DNA of 63,285 bases, filler included, from Reticulomyxa filosa (Eukaryota; Protista; Foraminifera), in NCBI GenBank assembly GCA_000512085.1. It is 11 parts of 11 records of this genome, joined end to end, with 100 filler letters (N's around TTAATTAATTAA, not from the genome) between each part and the next. Parts side by side here need not be neighbours in the genome. Positions count along the whole stretch, not along the records: positions 32,304 to 51,839 come from ASPP01008689.1; positions 51,940 to 56,848 come from ASPP01027695.1; positions 56,949 to 58,790 come from ASPP01028537.1; positions 58,891 to 63,285 come from ASPP01034277.1; 7 more parts are not named here. One strand, 5' to 3'. The notes under the pieces were generated by a model. That model was not told where the DNA came from. It made no database searches and worked only from the letters and a program-made list of their open reading frames with translations. Positions 51,427 to 63,285 of the stretch are shown one piece after another; position 1 is the stretch's first letter, and each line of letters begins with the position of its first letter. The translations under genes and the position numbers were made by a program.

Positions 51427-51839
51427 AGTTAATTGATTTTTTGATGAAGAAACAAAATTGAAATATCTATAAATCATGCAATCTTTAAATATGGTTTGAT
51501 TTTAGTTTTATTTCAGTTTTACAAGCATATATGATGTCATAGACATGATTTCATGTAAATTAATGTCTTCCTTATTTATTTGCAATTTCCGCTGTGAAAG
51601 GCTTTTTGTAACGTTTTTCATTGTAAACATTTGCAACATTTGCTTCAACGGAAAACCTCTCTTATATTTTGACATGAAAACATTTTTTATGCCTTTTGCT
51701 CAACAACGTCAAATTGATAACTCTGTTTTTTTTAATTGAAAGCTTTCAGGTTTAAACTAAAAAAAAGGAACTACTCTACAAATTTGGTTAAAATATTTTT
51801 TTTAATTCAATTTTGACAAATAATTTGATTTTCTTGTTG

Positions 51840-51939
51840 NNNNNNNNNNNNNNNNNNNNNNNNNNNNNNNNNNNNNNNNNNNNTTAATTAATTAANNNNN
51901 NNNNNNNNNNNNNNNNNNNNNNNNNNNNNNNNNNNNNNN
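51840..51939. other. Artificial contig/gap spacer
   Basis: N44-TTAATTAATTAA-N44. Confidence 0.98.
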
Positions 51940-52104
51940 ATTTGTTGCATTGATTTGATGATCATTATAGAAATGATATATCATAATTGTTACAAGTTAT
52001 CCATGACAGTATCAAAATGCTGAGCTTGTCTGGACGAGCTTTGCAAACTTATATTACTCAAGTTTTGTATTTATGTACATATATATGTAAATATATTTTA
52101 TAAC

Positions 52105-52939
52105 TAGTTGGGATTGTTTATCCATGACTTTAAACATGCTGATGATATCAACACGCGATCCTGGCTTGACCTTGTTAACTAGATGGCGATCGCAAAACAA
52201 GGCAATGTGTCGTGATATTTCTACCGTGTGTATATCTTCCGGGTTCTCCTACAGCTTCAGCGTCTGCACGCCCAAGTACGCGGACACGTGAGTTCGTTTT
52301 TTCCGTCATTCGCGTTCGCGCATTTGCACGGTAGCGATGCATGCCCAAACACTCCTCATCCTCCTCCCCTTCCATTGGAATGGAATGTCACATCACCACC
52401 AGCGTCGTTATTGCGATCACAATGGCTGGGATTTTCAACAGTTGCGAAATGTCGTCGTAGTCCAATTCGTGAATGCTTATTGCCAATCGATTCAGTTTTA
52501 CTAGTTGCACTTGCATTTTTGTTATGTCTTCGCGACGCTTGTATATGCAACTGCCGCTACTTCTACCATCGCCTTGGTCGTTGCTACCGCTACGCGATAT
52601 TGCAATCACGCATTGTGCTACTCGCTCGAACAGCAGCAACACTTGCAATGGACTTTGGCACAACAACTGACCCATCTTTGAACTAAACGTAGTCACGCCC
52701 TTCAGGTCCACTTCCACAAAGTAACGCTTTTGGTCGTAGTTCGCGTTCAATTGGTTGCGATAGATAAAGTTGTTGTCTTCTACAAGGAACTCACGCAGAA
52801 ACTGACGCAATATCACCACATGGAGTTGCTGGTTTTTATGCGAAAAGGTCACTACGTCTTCATCCAATTCATTTTTCAGCTTGGACGTACTTGAAATAAG
52901 CGGGCAATATTATGTTGACTTCAATTATTCGTTTTCCAT
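52105..52939 (-). pseudogene. MCM5: MCM5 pseudogene (N-terminal and OB domains)
   Basis: FLREF...FIYRNQL...YFVEVDL, SQLLKIPAIVIA, QTLKL*ENPEDI...RHIALFCDRHLVNKVKPGSRV; several stops, a frameshift and a partly missing zinc-finger segment. Confidence 0.85.
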
Positions 52940-53224
52940 TTCTGAATTTTTCGTTGTTGTTGTTTGAAAAACTCTCCAAATATCGCTTCTCTTACCAAAT
53001 TATTTCTCACAAACAGCAAAGAAAAAAAGCGCTGTTAGACTTATCTCAAATCGACTACAAAAACAAAAAAAAGGAGTAACCAACATAGAACGTGAAAAGT
53101 AACAAAACAAAAACTCTATCACAAAGAAATTGTGAAAGATGATGAAAACAAGAAAAGTAGATAGTTCGAATTGGATTCGTCGTTTAAGATTATTCATACG
53201 TATTCAAAGAAGCGTGGCATCAAG

Positions 53225-56170
53225 ATGAGAAAAGGGATATGCTTTTGGAGAATAACGTGGGGCTCGGGGACGATGTGTGCAGTGCTCAGTCCACGAGATA
53301 GAGTGAAGGACTGTCTGTTGCAGTTATTGAGTAGACAAACAAACAATCACGTATGTTTTGACGAGGTCAGTGCTACAAATGCGAGCGATGACAGCGTACC
53401 TACGTAACGCAGATTCATCATTGATATGATAAATGACAGTCGAATAGTCGGTGGACTTTACGGCAAGATTGGTGTTGACATCGAACGTGGATAGAGTATT
53501 GAAGGAGGTGCAACTGACGAATTTAAGCATTGTCGAATTGACGGTGGTGCAAAAAATGAGCCGATCAGCGCTGAAGATTGTGTGCGTGTGGATTTAGTGG
53601 AGAACAAAAAAATGATTTTTTTGGACGCATTGACGGAATGTTGGGGTCTGCTGTCGGCTGAGCAAGTGGTGCGAGACATTATTTTATTAGCCAAACTCAA
53701 GCTATTGACAGTCTTTGTCACATTGAGACACCCCACAAAGTTGCTTTTGGAAAAGTTTCAAAAGTGTCTGTTCCTCAGGAAAGGACATTGTCTGTACTTT
53801 GGAAGAGTGAGAAATTCCGTCGACTTTTTCACACGTTTGAGATATCCTATTTCCAAAGAGACGTCAATTTACGATCATACTTTGGGACTAACAATTCCAG
53901 ACGCAGCATTAAATAATAATAATAACAAAAATGAAAATACTCGGAGAAATTATTAAAACGCAGACAGTGTATTTGAAGAACTACAAAATGCAAATTTGAA
54001 TTCGGACCAACGTAAACGTCGAAAGGAGCAAATGGAAAGCATAAGAAAGAATGGCTATTACATCAGTCTAAACTACTCGATAAGTTGGTGACCCTCCCGG
54101 CATAACATATAGTGTTTTTTCATTTTATGACAAGTAAAACAAAAAACATGCGGTAAAAGGTGGAAGGGAAAAAGCTGTATTTTTTTTTTGAAAGATAGTG
54201 GCCCCTCCCACTCAACGAACATCAAACTTTTCAAAAAAAAAAATCTCGAAATAGATAGTTTCTAAGATGGTGAATCTTGATATCAATAATCCAGAATTGC
54301 TGAAAGCAATAAATACATTGCTTGTAGAGTTTTGCAAAATGCAGAAACATAAGGATACATGTGCGCACAATAAAGAAGTATTGACTCAACAAATTGCGAA
54401 GGAGCTGGAATTATTGAAGAAAAAGTATAATCACTAGCGCAAAGATATCGTGTGTTGACAATGCCACTCGACAACTTAGTAAAATCGAACGGCAGCACAA
54501 AGAATCCAGCGCCGAGTCAAAGAAAAAACCACAGTTTGCACAATTCCACACGCACACACATATATAGCAGTATAAAATACATATGCATATAACAAACAAA
54601 TATGTACATATAATATATGTATACGAGTAAACAAAGCACATCATGCAGCAAGTGCAACACTCCCAGTGTCGTTGAAAGTGATGGAGATGTTGAAAGAGAT
54701 AGGTTTCGAATGGAACGGATTGGGCAGTAATGAAGACGGGTAGCAGAAGAAGAAGAGTGGGAAGAAGAGCAAAGAGGATAGCAGCGGTGGCAACGAAGTG
54801 GACAATGAGCCAGTAGAAGATAGAAAGGAGTTGGAGCAAAAGAAAAAAGATAAAGATAAAGACAAAGATAATGAGAAAAAAAAGCGACTAGACACAAAGA
54901 ATAATAATACCAATAATAATAATGAAGTAAGAGAATTAAAAGAAGAAGTGAATAGACAAATAACCAACAAAAGCAAGCTGCGTGTAATAAGCGGAGTGTA
55001 TTGCAGTCACATTGACGCAACTCGTCAGCACAACGACTGTTATTTTCAGGCGCGGACGACGGACTGACCAAAGTATGGCGATCCGGCTCATTACCTCCGT
55101 CGCAGGGCGTGAACAGATCAATATTGTGACGTCAACGTGTCTACTGACGCAACACAACATGTTGTTGACGACCGGACAAAGCGGTGCCGTCATTGGATGG
55201 AACCTGCATATCATTGAGCCCAACACAAATGTCACAGCCATCGACTGGACAGGTATCGGTCCATTGGGGACTGTCTGCATTGTTTATTCACTTCAGGAAC
55301 TGGGATCATTGGATGCGCATCATAGTCTACGTCGTAGATATCATCTTTATCAAAGATTCTATCCAATACCGAATCTTTTTCTTCGCCGAGACCACTGGAA
55401 TTCATTTGTTGGTGTTGACTCGCACTATGTTGTATTTAACTGTATCAATGCTGGGGTGTTGTCACCTTGTGTTTTGGAAGTTTGAATGGTAGGAAAGAGG
55501 CATGTAGGAAGTCGACATAAAAGCTTCTTTTTCCATGGTTTTTTCTTATCACTGGAGGAAACCTCACCTGATGATATAATGCAATATCTGTTTTGGTCTC
55601 GAGCTCCGATACACTGTTGATTTGTCTTGTGGTATTGGTGGGAAGCGGTGTCTGCGTTTATGTGGTGCAATGTACTGGTAGCATATGGTCAGGCTCTACA
55701 CGAGAAGAATGAGAAACGAGTTCGCCTGGTATGATTCTATTATATGTTCGTACGCTGCTTGCTATACTAGACTAGAGTAAGGTGGAAGTTTATGGTATTA
55801 CGACAGTGATATATTGCTATCCTGTATGCGTAGGAACTTTACATTGCCATGTTTACATGTGCACTTGGCAGTTTTTTTTCAATTTCAACAATACCATGTT
55901 GTCGACTGATTGTCTTTGTTTAGGCTTGTTCGGCAGTCTTTAACTGATTTACTGTATTGATGTTGCTTTGCACCTTATCAGTTTTCTCATTGCTTATATT
56001 AAAACTTTTATTGAGTGAGGAGCTTTCGTCAGCAACCAGGTTTCCTGTGATTTTAAACTGTGACAAAAATGAAAGCAAAAAAATATTCTTTGTTTTTTCA
56101 CCAAAAGGCATACAATTCCAGACTTGCATAATGATCAGACGATGGCGTTGTAACGCCTGCCAGACGTAAG
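53225..56170 (+). pseudogene. Highly degenerate ABCG (white/PDR-type) transporter pseudogene
   Basis: GTMCAVLSP (Walker A region), MIFLDALT (Walker B), TVFVTLRHP, LFLRKGHCLYFG...VDFFTRL; hydrophobic TMD-like fragments at 55060-56100; many stops; boundaries approximate. Confidence 0.65.
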
Positions 56171-56848
56171 GTCAGAAAAATAATTGTACTAATTCGCTTA
56201 AAGAAAGAGTAAATTGTGTCATAAATTGCATAAAGTTGATGTGTATTTTACTGAAATACTGTATTGTTAAACGCATTGGGTGCTCAATTCACTGTAAATT
56301 ATCGTGATTAGCTTAAAATCTTTTCTATTACGACAAGGTAAACCCAAAAACAAAGCAAAATAATAATAATAAAAAATACCGTGAAAAAAAAAGGTCAGAA
56401 AGCAAAGCTATTCTAAAGCAAAAATTTAAGTGACAACAAAAAATTTTAAAAATGTTTCAAAGTAATTTTAGAAACAAAAAGTATATTATCAACCATTTTT
56501 TAGTAAAAAAAAAAACAACTCAAATTTAACTTACATACAAAGTAAAAATCTTACTTTTTACATTGGGATATGTTGCGATATCATTGAGTCCATATAATTC
56601 AATCATCAACATTCAATCATAATTTTGTTATTTATATATACTAGAGATCGTGGGGAATCCGAATCTGTAATCAAAATTCTTCTACGATGAATACAATTCA
56701 ATATCAGCTCATTTCAAGTTCATTACCTGAAACTGGAGTTGCTTTGTAACTTAAGTTTCATATTGTGGTTCAATTGACTCACTTTGTTTCGAATTCCAAT
56801 GCTAATAGACTATTCATATTTATGAAAGATAAAAAGTATTTTCTAGTG

Positions 56849-56948
56849 NNNNNNNNNNNNNNNNNNNNNNNNNNNNNNNNNNNNNNNNNNNNTTAATTAA
56901 TTAANNNNNNNNNNNNNNNNNNNNNNNNNNNNNNNNNNNNNNNNNNNN
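56849..56948. other. Artificial contig/gap spacer
   Basis: N44-TTAATTAATTAA-N44. Confidence 0.98.
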
Positions 56949-57689
56949 TCCTCCATTTACCGTGCAATTATATGTTACTCTATCTGATTTTATTTTTTTT
57001 AATTTAATTTATATCTGTTCGTTACGTCAAAGAGTAGCAAAAAATTTTCATTCTCTTTATGGTACTCAATTAGTTCTTCTATCTTCTATTTACTCATGAG
57101 TTGAAGAAATTGCTTTGGATCCATGATTGTCAGCTGTGCTAAAGTGAGTTTATGATTGTCGTGAGCAATTGTTGGTCCATTTTGTAAGTGAAACAGACAA
57201 CAAAAAGACTTTTTTATATTCCAAAATAGTCATATTTCTCAATTGAAAGCCTATACGAAGGCTTTCGTTTTGAAAACAGATTTTTCAAGTAGAATGAAAT
57301 AAATGAAATAAGAAAATAATCTACAAGAGACAAAAAAACTAGTAAAGGTTTTGGTAGAAATGAAAGAGGAAAAAAATTTATTGTTCCACATTGAATCTTT
57401 GTATGGACAAAAAACAACCAAGATTAAAAAGGCACACGCTCAAATTAATATTGGCCGTAAACATTATTAGTAATTCCTTCAAGAAAAAAACAAAAAAAAG
57501 TGAAAAGAATTGTGAAAGAGTTTAACACACTGGGGATTCCTCAAACCCTTTAAAGTTCGGCTACAACATCTCAAGATGTATACCAAACAAAAAAATGTTT
57601 GATGACTTTTAAAATATTCAACAAACATTATTTACTTGCATAATTTATATTATCTTTTTTTGTCGAAGAGTGGTTTGATGGAATAGACA

Positions 57690-58790
57690 TTGGTATTCGA
57701 ATTCCATCAAAATCAGTATTGATCCCCCCCACTCCCGCAACCATCCGGAAGTGCACCTTCGCCATTTGCTTGTAAAGATCTAGCGTTGAGTAAGTGCTGC
57801 TCAACAATCAAATGAAGAATTCCACCTCCTCTTCCTCCTTTATACACTTCACCATTGTCATCACAACTAGATCCCCCACCACTACCATAATTGATTTGAT
57901 AGTGTTTCATCCCCATATACATTTCCACTCTTTCCATCACCTTTTTCAACATTTCTTTCTCTTCCTTTTCTTCCATATCCCCCACCTCCACCAAAATGGT
58001 AATGATCTTGTTCAATCCCAGTAAATCTCCCACCTCGTCCAGGACCTTCATCAGAAGGAAAGCCTAAATGCGAACAATCGATTTTGGATGAACAATGTTT
58101 GATCCACAAATGACTGGTCCGAATTTTGAGATATCCAAGTTCATTTTCATTACCATCCACCGTTAATGTGATTTGTTCTCGAAGCAAATAGACTCCAAAT
58201 TTGAAATTGTTCCATCCATTGTTTTTCAATGTGACTATTTTATTGCTTTCATTTATCAATAGAAAATCAACACCATTTTTCAACATTGGAATTTGCAGTA
58301 ATAACCCCATATCATAACAAGTTCTATTCAACACAAAGTTATGAGCATTTGTCCAACGTTAACATTTGATATATTGCCTTCAAACTTGGGTTGTTGATCC
58401 ATTTTCTTACATCTGGCAAGTTGTGCTGGATGCATATCAAGTCTTGGCTGTCCTCTACTTGTTGAATCAAACGGAATTGCTTTTGCATTTGTGTCACTCA
58501 GTTCCACACCCTCCATCATTTGTGTTTTCATTTGACCTTGTTCTAATTCTTGTAGCCTTAACTTTTTTGTTTATTTCATTTGTTTTTTTTTTTTTTTGTG
58601 AATGTCTAATCTAATGTGTATGCACATATACATATATATTTAACAAACTATGAGTTTGTCATAGGCATCTTTATATTGTAATAACAGTTGATTAAATTGT
58701 TGCATTTGTGCGTCTTTTTCACAGTCACGTTTGATTAACAATTACAATTTGTGTTTTATGTTCTAAATGCATTTCTTCCTTTATTTATTT
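57690..58790 (-). pseudogene. Frameshifted coiled-coil + glycine-rich (GGGGGYG/GSGGG/GGRGGG) repeat-domain gene
   Basis: KIDCSHLGFPSDEGPG, GGGGGYG, VYGDETL, YGSGGG, GGRGGGILHL spread over three frames; upstream EKDAQMQQFNQLL coiled-coil. Confidence 0.65.
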
Positions 58791-58890
58791 NNNNNNNNNN
58801 NNNNNNNNNNNNNNNNNNNNNNNNNNNNNNNNNNTTAATTAATTAANNNNNNNNNNNNNNNNNNNNNNNNNNNNNNNNNNNNNNNNNNNN
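58791..58890. other. Artificial contig/gap spacer
   Basis: N44-TTAATTAATTAA-N44. Confidence 0.98.
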
Positions 58891-61800
58891 CCCCCCCATT
58901 TTATTAACTTTTGTTTTTGCTTTTAATGTATCTGTGTGTGACTCTCCCAATACCTTACTGAAGATTTTATATGCTGCTTTATAATATTCCAAAGCAGTGC
59001 TCGTTTCTTTTTTGATTTCGAGTGCTACTCCCAAATTCCAATTGCAATAACCAATTAATGCATCTGTGTCTCTAAATAGTTCCTTACTTATCTTCAATAC
59101 TATTTTATAGTGTTCAATAGCTTTGTCATATTGTCCATTACCGATACAGGCATTCCCCAAATTATGATACGAATTGGCGGTACATTGATGATTTGTTCCA
59201 ATAATAGGTAAATATATTTCCAATGCTTTTTCGTAATACTCTATTGCTTTAGTGTACTGTCCTTTATAAAGATAAGGATTACCTAAATTATGATAGCAAT
59301 CGGCAACATTTACGTGATTAGTTCCAAAAATGTCTAATCTTATTTTCAAAGCTTTTTCATGGTATTCAATGGCTTTGTCAGGTTGGTGATTGGAGTAATA
59401 GGAACTTCCCAAATAATGATATGACCAGGCGACATCTAAATGATTTGTTCCAAAAATATCCAGCCTTATTTTCAATGCTTTTTCATAGTATTCAATTGCT
59501 TTATCGTATATTTTTTTATTTTTATAATCTTCTCCTAAATTATTGTACGAGTTGGCAATGCTAATCTGTATCAATTTGGTGTCACCAAATCCATTATTCA
59601 GTGCATGTTGATAATGTTGAATAGCAATATCCCACTGATTGTTATTATTATAGGAACTTCCCAACTTATAATACGACCAAGCAACATCTGAATGATTTGT
59701 CCCAAAAATATTCAATCTTATTTTCAATGCTTTTTCATAGTGCTCAATTGCCTTATCGTGCATTTGTTTACTGTCATAGTTTTGTCCTAAGTCATTGTAC
59801 AACAAAGCAATCACCTTATGAGTTGTGTTAAAAATATTCAATGCTTTTTCATAGTATTCAATGGCCTTGTCATATTGTCTATTATTGTAATAAGAACTTC
59901 CTAAGCTATTATAAGATCGAACAATATCTGAATGATTTGTCCCAAAAATGTCTAGCTTTATTTTCAATGCTTTTTCATAATGTTCAATTGCTTGGTCATA
60001 TTGTTTATGATTGTTATAGGAATCTCCTAAGTCATTGCATAAGTTAGCAATATTAATTTGCGTTGATTTGGCATCATCTAATCCATACTTTAATGCATTT
60101 TCGTAATTTGTAATAGCTTGATCGTATTGATTTTTCTTATAGTAGAAATTCCCTAAGTTATTGTATGAGTTAGCAACGTTAACTCGTATCAACTTGGAAT
60201 TATCTAATCCACGTCTTAATGCATTTTCGTAATGTTCAATAGCATTACTCCACTGATCATTGTTGTAATAAGAATTTCCTAAATCATTATATAACAAAGC
60301 AATTTCCTTGTGATTTGTTTTAAAAATACTCAATGCTTTTTCATAGTATCCAATGGCCTTGTCATATTGTCTATTGTTGTAATAAGAGCTCCCTAAACTA
60401 TTATAAGACCGAGCAACATCTGAATGATTTGCCTCAAAAATGTCTAGCCTTATTTTCAATGCTTTTTCATAATGTTCAATTGCTTGGTTATATTGTTTAT
60501 GATTGTTATAGGAATCTCCTAAATTATTATATGAGTCAGCAACATTAATTCGCGTTGATTTGGCATCATTTAACCCATACTTTAATGCATTTTCGTAATT
60601 TGTAATAGCTTGATCGTGTTGATTTTTCTTATAGTAAAAATTCCCTAAGTTATTGTATGAGTTAGCAACATTAACTCGTACCAAATTGGAATTACTTAAT
60701 CCATGTTTTAATGCATTTTCGTAATTTTCAATGGCATTATCCCACTGACTATTCTTGTAGTAGGAATTTCCTAAATCATTATACAGCAAAGCAGTCCCCT
60801 TGTGATTTATTTTAAGAATATCCAATGCATTTTGGTAGTATTCAATAGCTTTGTCATATTGTCTATTGTTATGATAATAATCTCCAAAATAAGTATACCA
60901 ACGAACAGGAATTGCATTATATAATGGCAAAATGATAGCTACAACTAAAAATATCAAATAGACGTTGCAATTATTGTGATATCCTTTGAATAGGTTGTTG
61001 TCATTGTTTTTGCTTTGTTCTTTCAATTGATCGATTTGTTTGTCCTTTTCTTTCAATAATTCTGTTAGTTCGTTATTTTGTTTTTCTTTTTCAGTAAAAT
61101 TAATCTTCAATGATTCAAGGGCATGTTCGTGTTGGATTTTCTCTTGTCTGAGCTGATCTTGTATCGTGTTGATTTCGTGATTTTTCTTCAACAATTGTAA
61201 TTTTATATTATCTTTCAATTGTTGAATTTCGTCATTTTTTGAATGAATTTCTTTATTCGATTTGTCAACTTTTAATTCTATTTCTGACTTTAATGTTTGA
61301 TTTTCAGCTTGCAATTTTGTTGACTCTTCCTATTTTCATGACACATAGATGTTATTCGTTTGCTATTACTTTGTAAACCTGAAAGACAAGATAACAAACT
61401 TGAGAATATTTGATTTTTTGCTGTAATGATTCAAGATGTTTGATAACCAAATCAAAATGATACTTCTTTTGTAAAGCCAAATGTTCCTCTAACAATTCCT
61501 TAAGACATGAGTGATCACATCCAAAAGAGCGGAACCAACATGTAAGCAATTGCAATGGACAGGAATTACGTAAATGTTCAATTAACTCTTTCATATTCCC
61601 TTTGAAGTTACATGTTGGCCTTATTAATTTTTTTCCTTCTTCACCAGTCCCAGGCGTTTCCAAATCTAGTTGGAATTGACGTGGGCATATCACAGTTAAA
61701 TTGTTGATTTGTAGCAACTGTTTCATGTCACGATGCTGACAACCATCATGAGTTTGGATTGGACAAGTGTTATTATTCTTCTTGAAAAATTGTTGCAAGC

Positions 61801-62029
61801 AATGCTTCCCAACAATCAACAATTCGTCCATATGTTTGTGTTCAGGACAAGTAATTTCAAGCGGATAATTTGCAACTTGTTTGCAAATTAAACAAGTGAA
61901 ATAATTAATTTGTTCTTTTTTATTTGACTGAAGTATCCAGTCTTTGTCAAAACACGATTGGTCAAAGGAAACTGGAATCACTGCAGTATTTACTTTTTCT
62001 TCCTTTTTTTCGTCCTCTTCTGTGTTCAT
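58891..62029 (-). CDS. RING-like/TRAF zinc-finger + coiled-coil + TM + long TPR array protein, 2 exons, 3' end at the spacer
   Basis: FTCLICKQVANYPLEITCPEH...CPIQTH, CNFKG...EHLRNSCPL...FGC; phase-0 intron 61399-61330; roughly 15-16 repeats of SYNNLG..Y.....YDKAIEYYEKAL. Confidence 0.92.
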
Positions 62030-62884
62030 CTTTTTTTTTTCTCCTTTAAGGTTTGATTGTCAATCTTAAAGGTTACGAGTTTTGGTTTTTTTAAATGTGA
62101 TAATTCCTGTTCACTTGTTTCTTGAATTGACCTCCAGTTGTGTCCTTAAAGCTTTTTTGACAAAACTTAAGGATAATCACAGCCACACTATAATTGTCAC
62201 ATTTCTGATTCACATGAAGCAAAGTGAATCAATATCATTATTTCAATAGATGTACGAAAGATACAATCGAAAATGTGAGAACTGATTTATGCATTTTTTT
62301 TTTACATGTTTGCAAAACAGCTAATAATTTAAAAAAACAATTCCCTAATTGAAGTACATTTTCTATCTTATTATTATATTTTTAAAAATCATAAACTTTT
62401 TTGTAGCAAGCAAGGAGTTCGGCGTTGAAGGAAACACAACGTGGTGTTAGAAAATAATATGGTAAGTCTGGCAACGTTTCAAAGTCAGAGCGAGCCAGCT
62501 GTTGAGGTAACAGATAGTCACGATACACAGATTAAGGCAATAGCAAAAGGGTCCAAAGCTTTCCAGAAAGAGAAACAGCTTGCCCTTTTTGCACATAAGT
62601 ATCCGGAAATAAGTGCCAATTTTAAATTCAAAAACATCACACATTGGTGCTTATCAGACAATTTTTGCTTTGGTTTGATTAAATCTTACAAAATTTTTGG
62701 TTAAAAATAATAGTCCCACAATTTTAATTTACTTTAGACAGTTAAAATAATTGGGGTTTTATTGAAACTGTAAAACATACATTATTTCACAAACTTTTCA
62801 AAAATTATGATTAAATTATAAAAAGCAATTTGATGAACATAAAATGCAATATGAAATCGGTCCTGAGCTTTGGAAGCAACGAAG

Positions 62885-63285
62885 TTATATTTCTGAATCC
62901 CACATTCCCTCCCATTTCACGGTCCACTTTGTTGGCAAGACAAGAAAGTTAGCCGTTGTCAAAGATTTGCTATCCATTGGAGCGACCCGGCATCGCCTCT
63001 TGTCCAATTTTACTAGCTCTTTGTTTTTTTCATCAAGGAGAACTTTTTCCCAGGCCATCAAATCGCAGTCATCCCTTGGAAGAATTTTTGTCGTTAAAAA
63101 GCTCACTACCTGTTTACTTTTGCGTGAACAATAAAGTCTAACTTCGAAATTTCTTTCAACGTAGCAATAGTTTTGCCTTCTTCGGTTTTATGTTCCCATG
63201 CCCCGGTTTTTGGTTCAACACAAACGAAGTAATTGCCTGCAAAAGTGCGCCACAGTTGGAGGTGGGCCATAATCTTAAAGATATG
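62885..63285 (-). CDS. 3' part of a hypothetical protein, 5' end outside the window
   Basis: Open frame ISLRLWPTSNCG...FIVHAKVN can join ...DDCDLMAWEK...WDSEI* through a possible 35-nt GT-AG intron. Confidence 0.4.

Noticed and set aside
62441-62704. Short + strand ORF of 87 aa
   Set aside because: No motif or supporting exon structure
1-63285. rRNA, tRNA, CRISPR arrays, prokaryotic operons, telomeric repeats
   Set aside because: None recognised by eye; tRNAscan-SE and Infernal would be needed to exclude small RNAs

Overview
AT-rich eukaryotic nuclear DNA with short GT-AG spliceosomal introns, made of 11 segments joined by ten identical 100-nt artificial spacers (N44-TTAATTAATTAA-N44). The expanded Kelch, WD40, TPR and TRAF-zinc-finger families and the heavy pseudogene load resemble the foraminiferan Reticulomyxa filosa; this is an inference from recall and was not checked. 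Recognisable genes: CNNM/DUF21-CBS transporter, EAF elongation factor, a Mic19/CHCHD3-like protein, a VPS9 Rab-GEF, an RWDD2 (RWD+DUF1115)-DUF167 fusion, a membrane-anchored 2OG-Fe(II) oxygenase, a GT23-like fucosyltransferase (frameshifted), a mitochondrial oxoglutarate/dicarboxylate carrier, RBM22, a MAPR/cytochrome-b5-like protein that the ORF track misses, an OXNAD1-like oxidoreductase, a calmodulin/myosin-light-chain-like protein, BAP31, a Kelch protein, and two RING/TRAF-ZnF-coiled-coil proteins ending in WD40 or TM+TPR arrays. Also present: MCM5 and ABCG pseudogenes, two LINE ORF2 relics and a MITE-like inverted repeat. The best leads are the modular TRAF-ZnF/variable-repeat family, the RWDD2-DUF167 fusion, degenerate splice signals with A-rich acceptors, recurrent single-base frameshifts in otherwise intact genes, and regularly spaced head-to-head gene pairs. 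All exon boundaries were called by eye. No rRNA, tRNA or CRISPR array was recognised.
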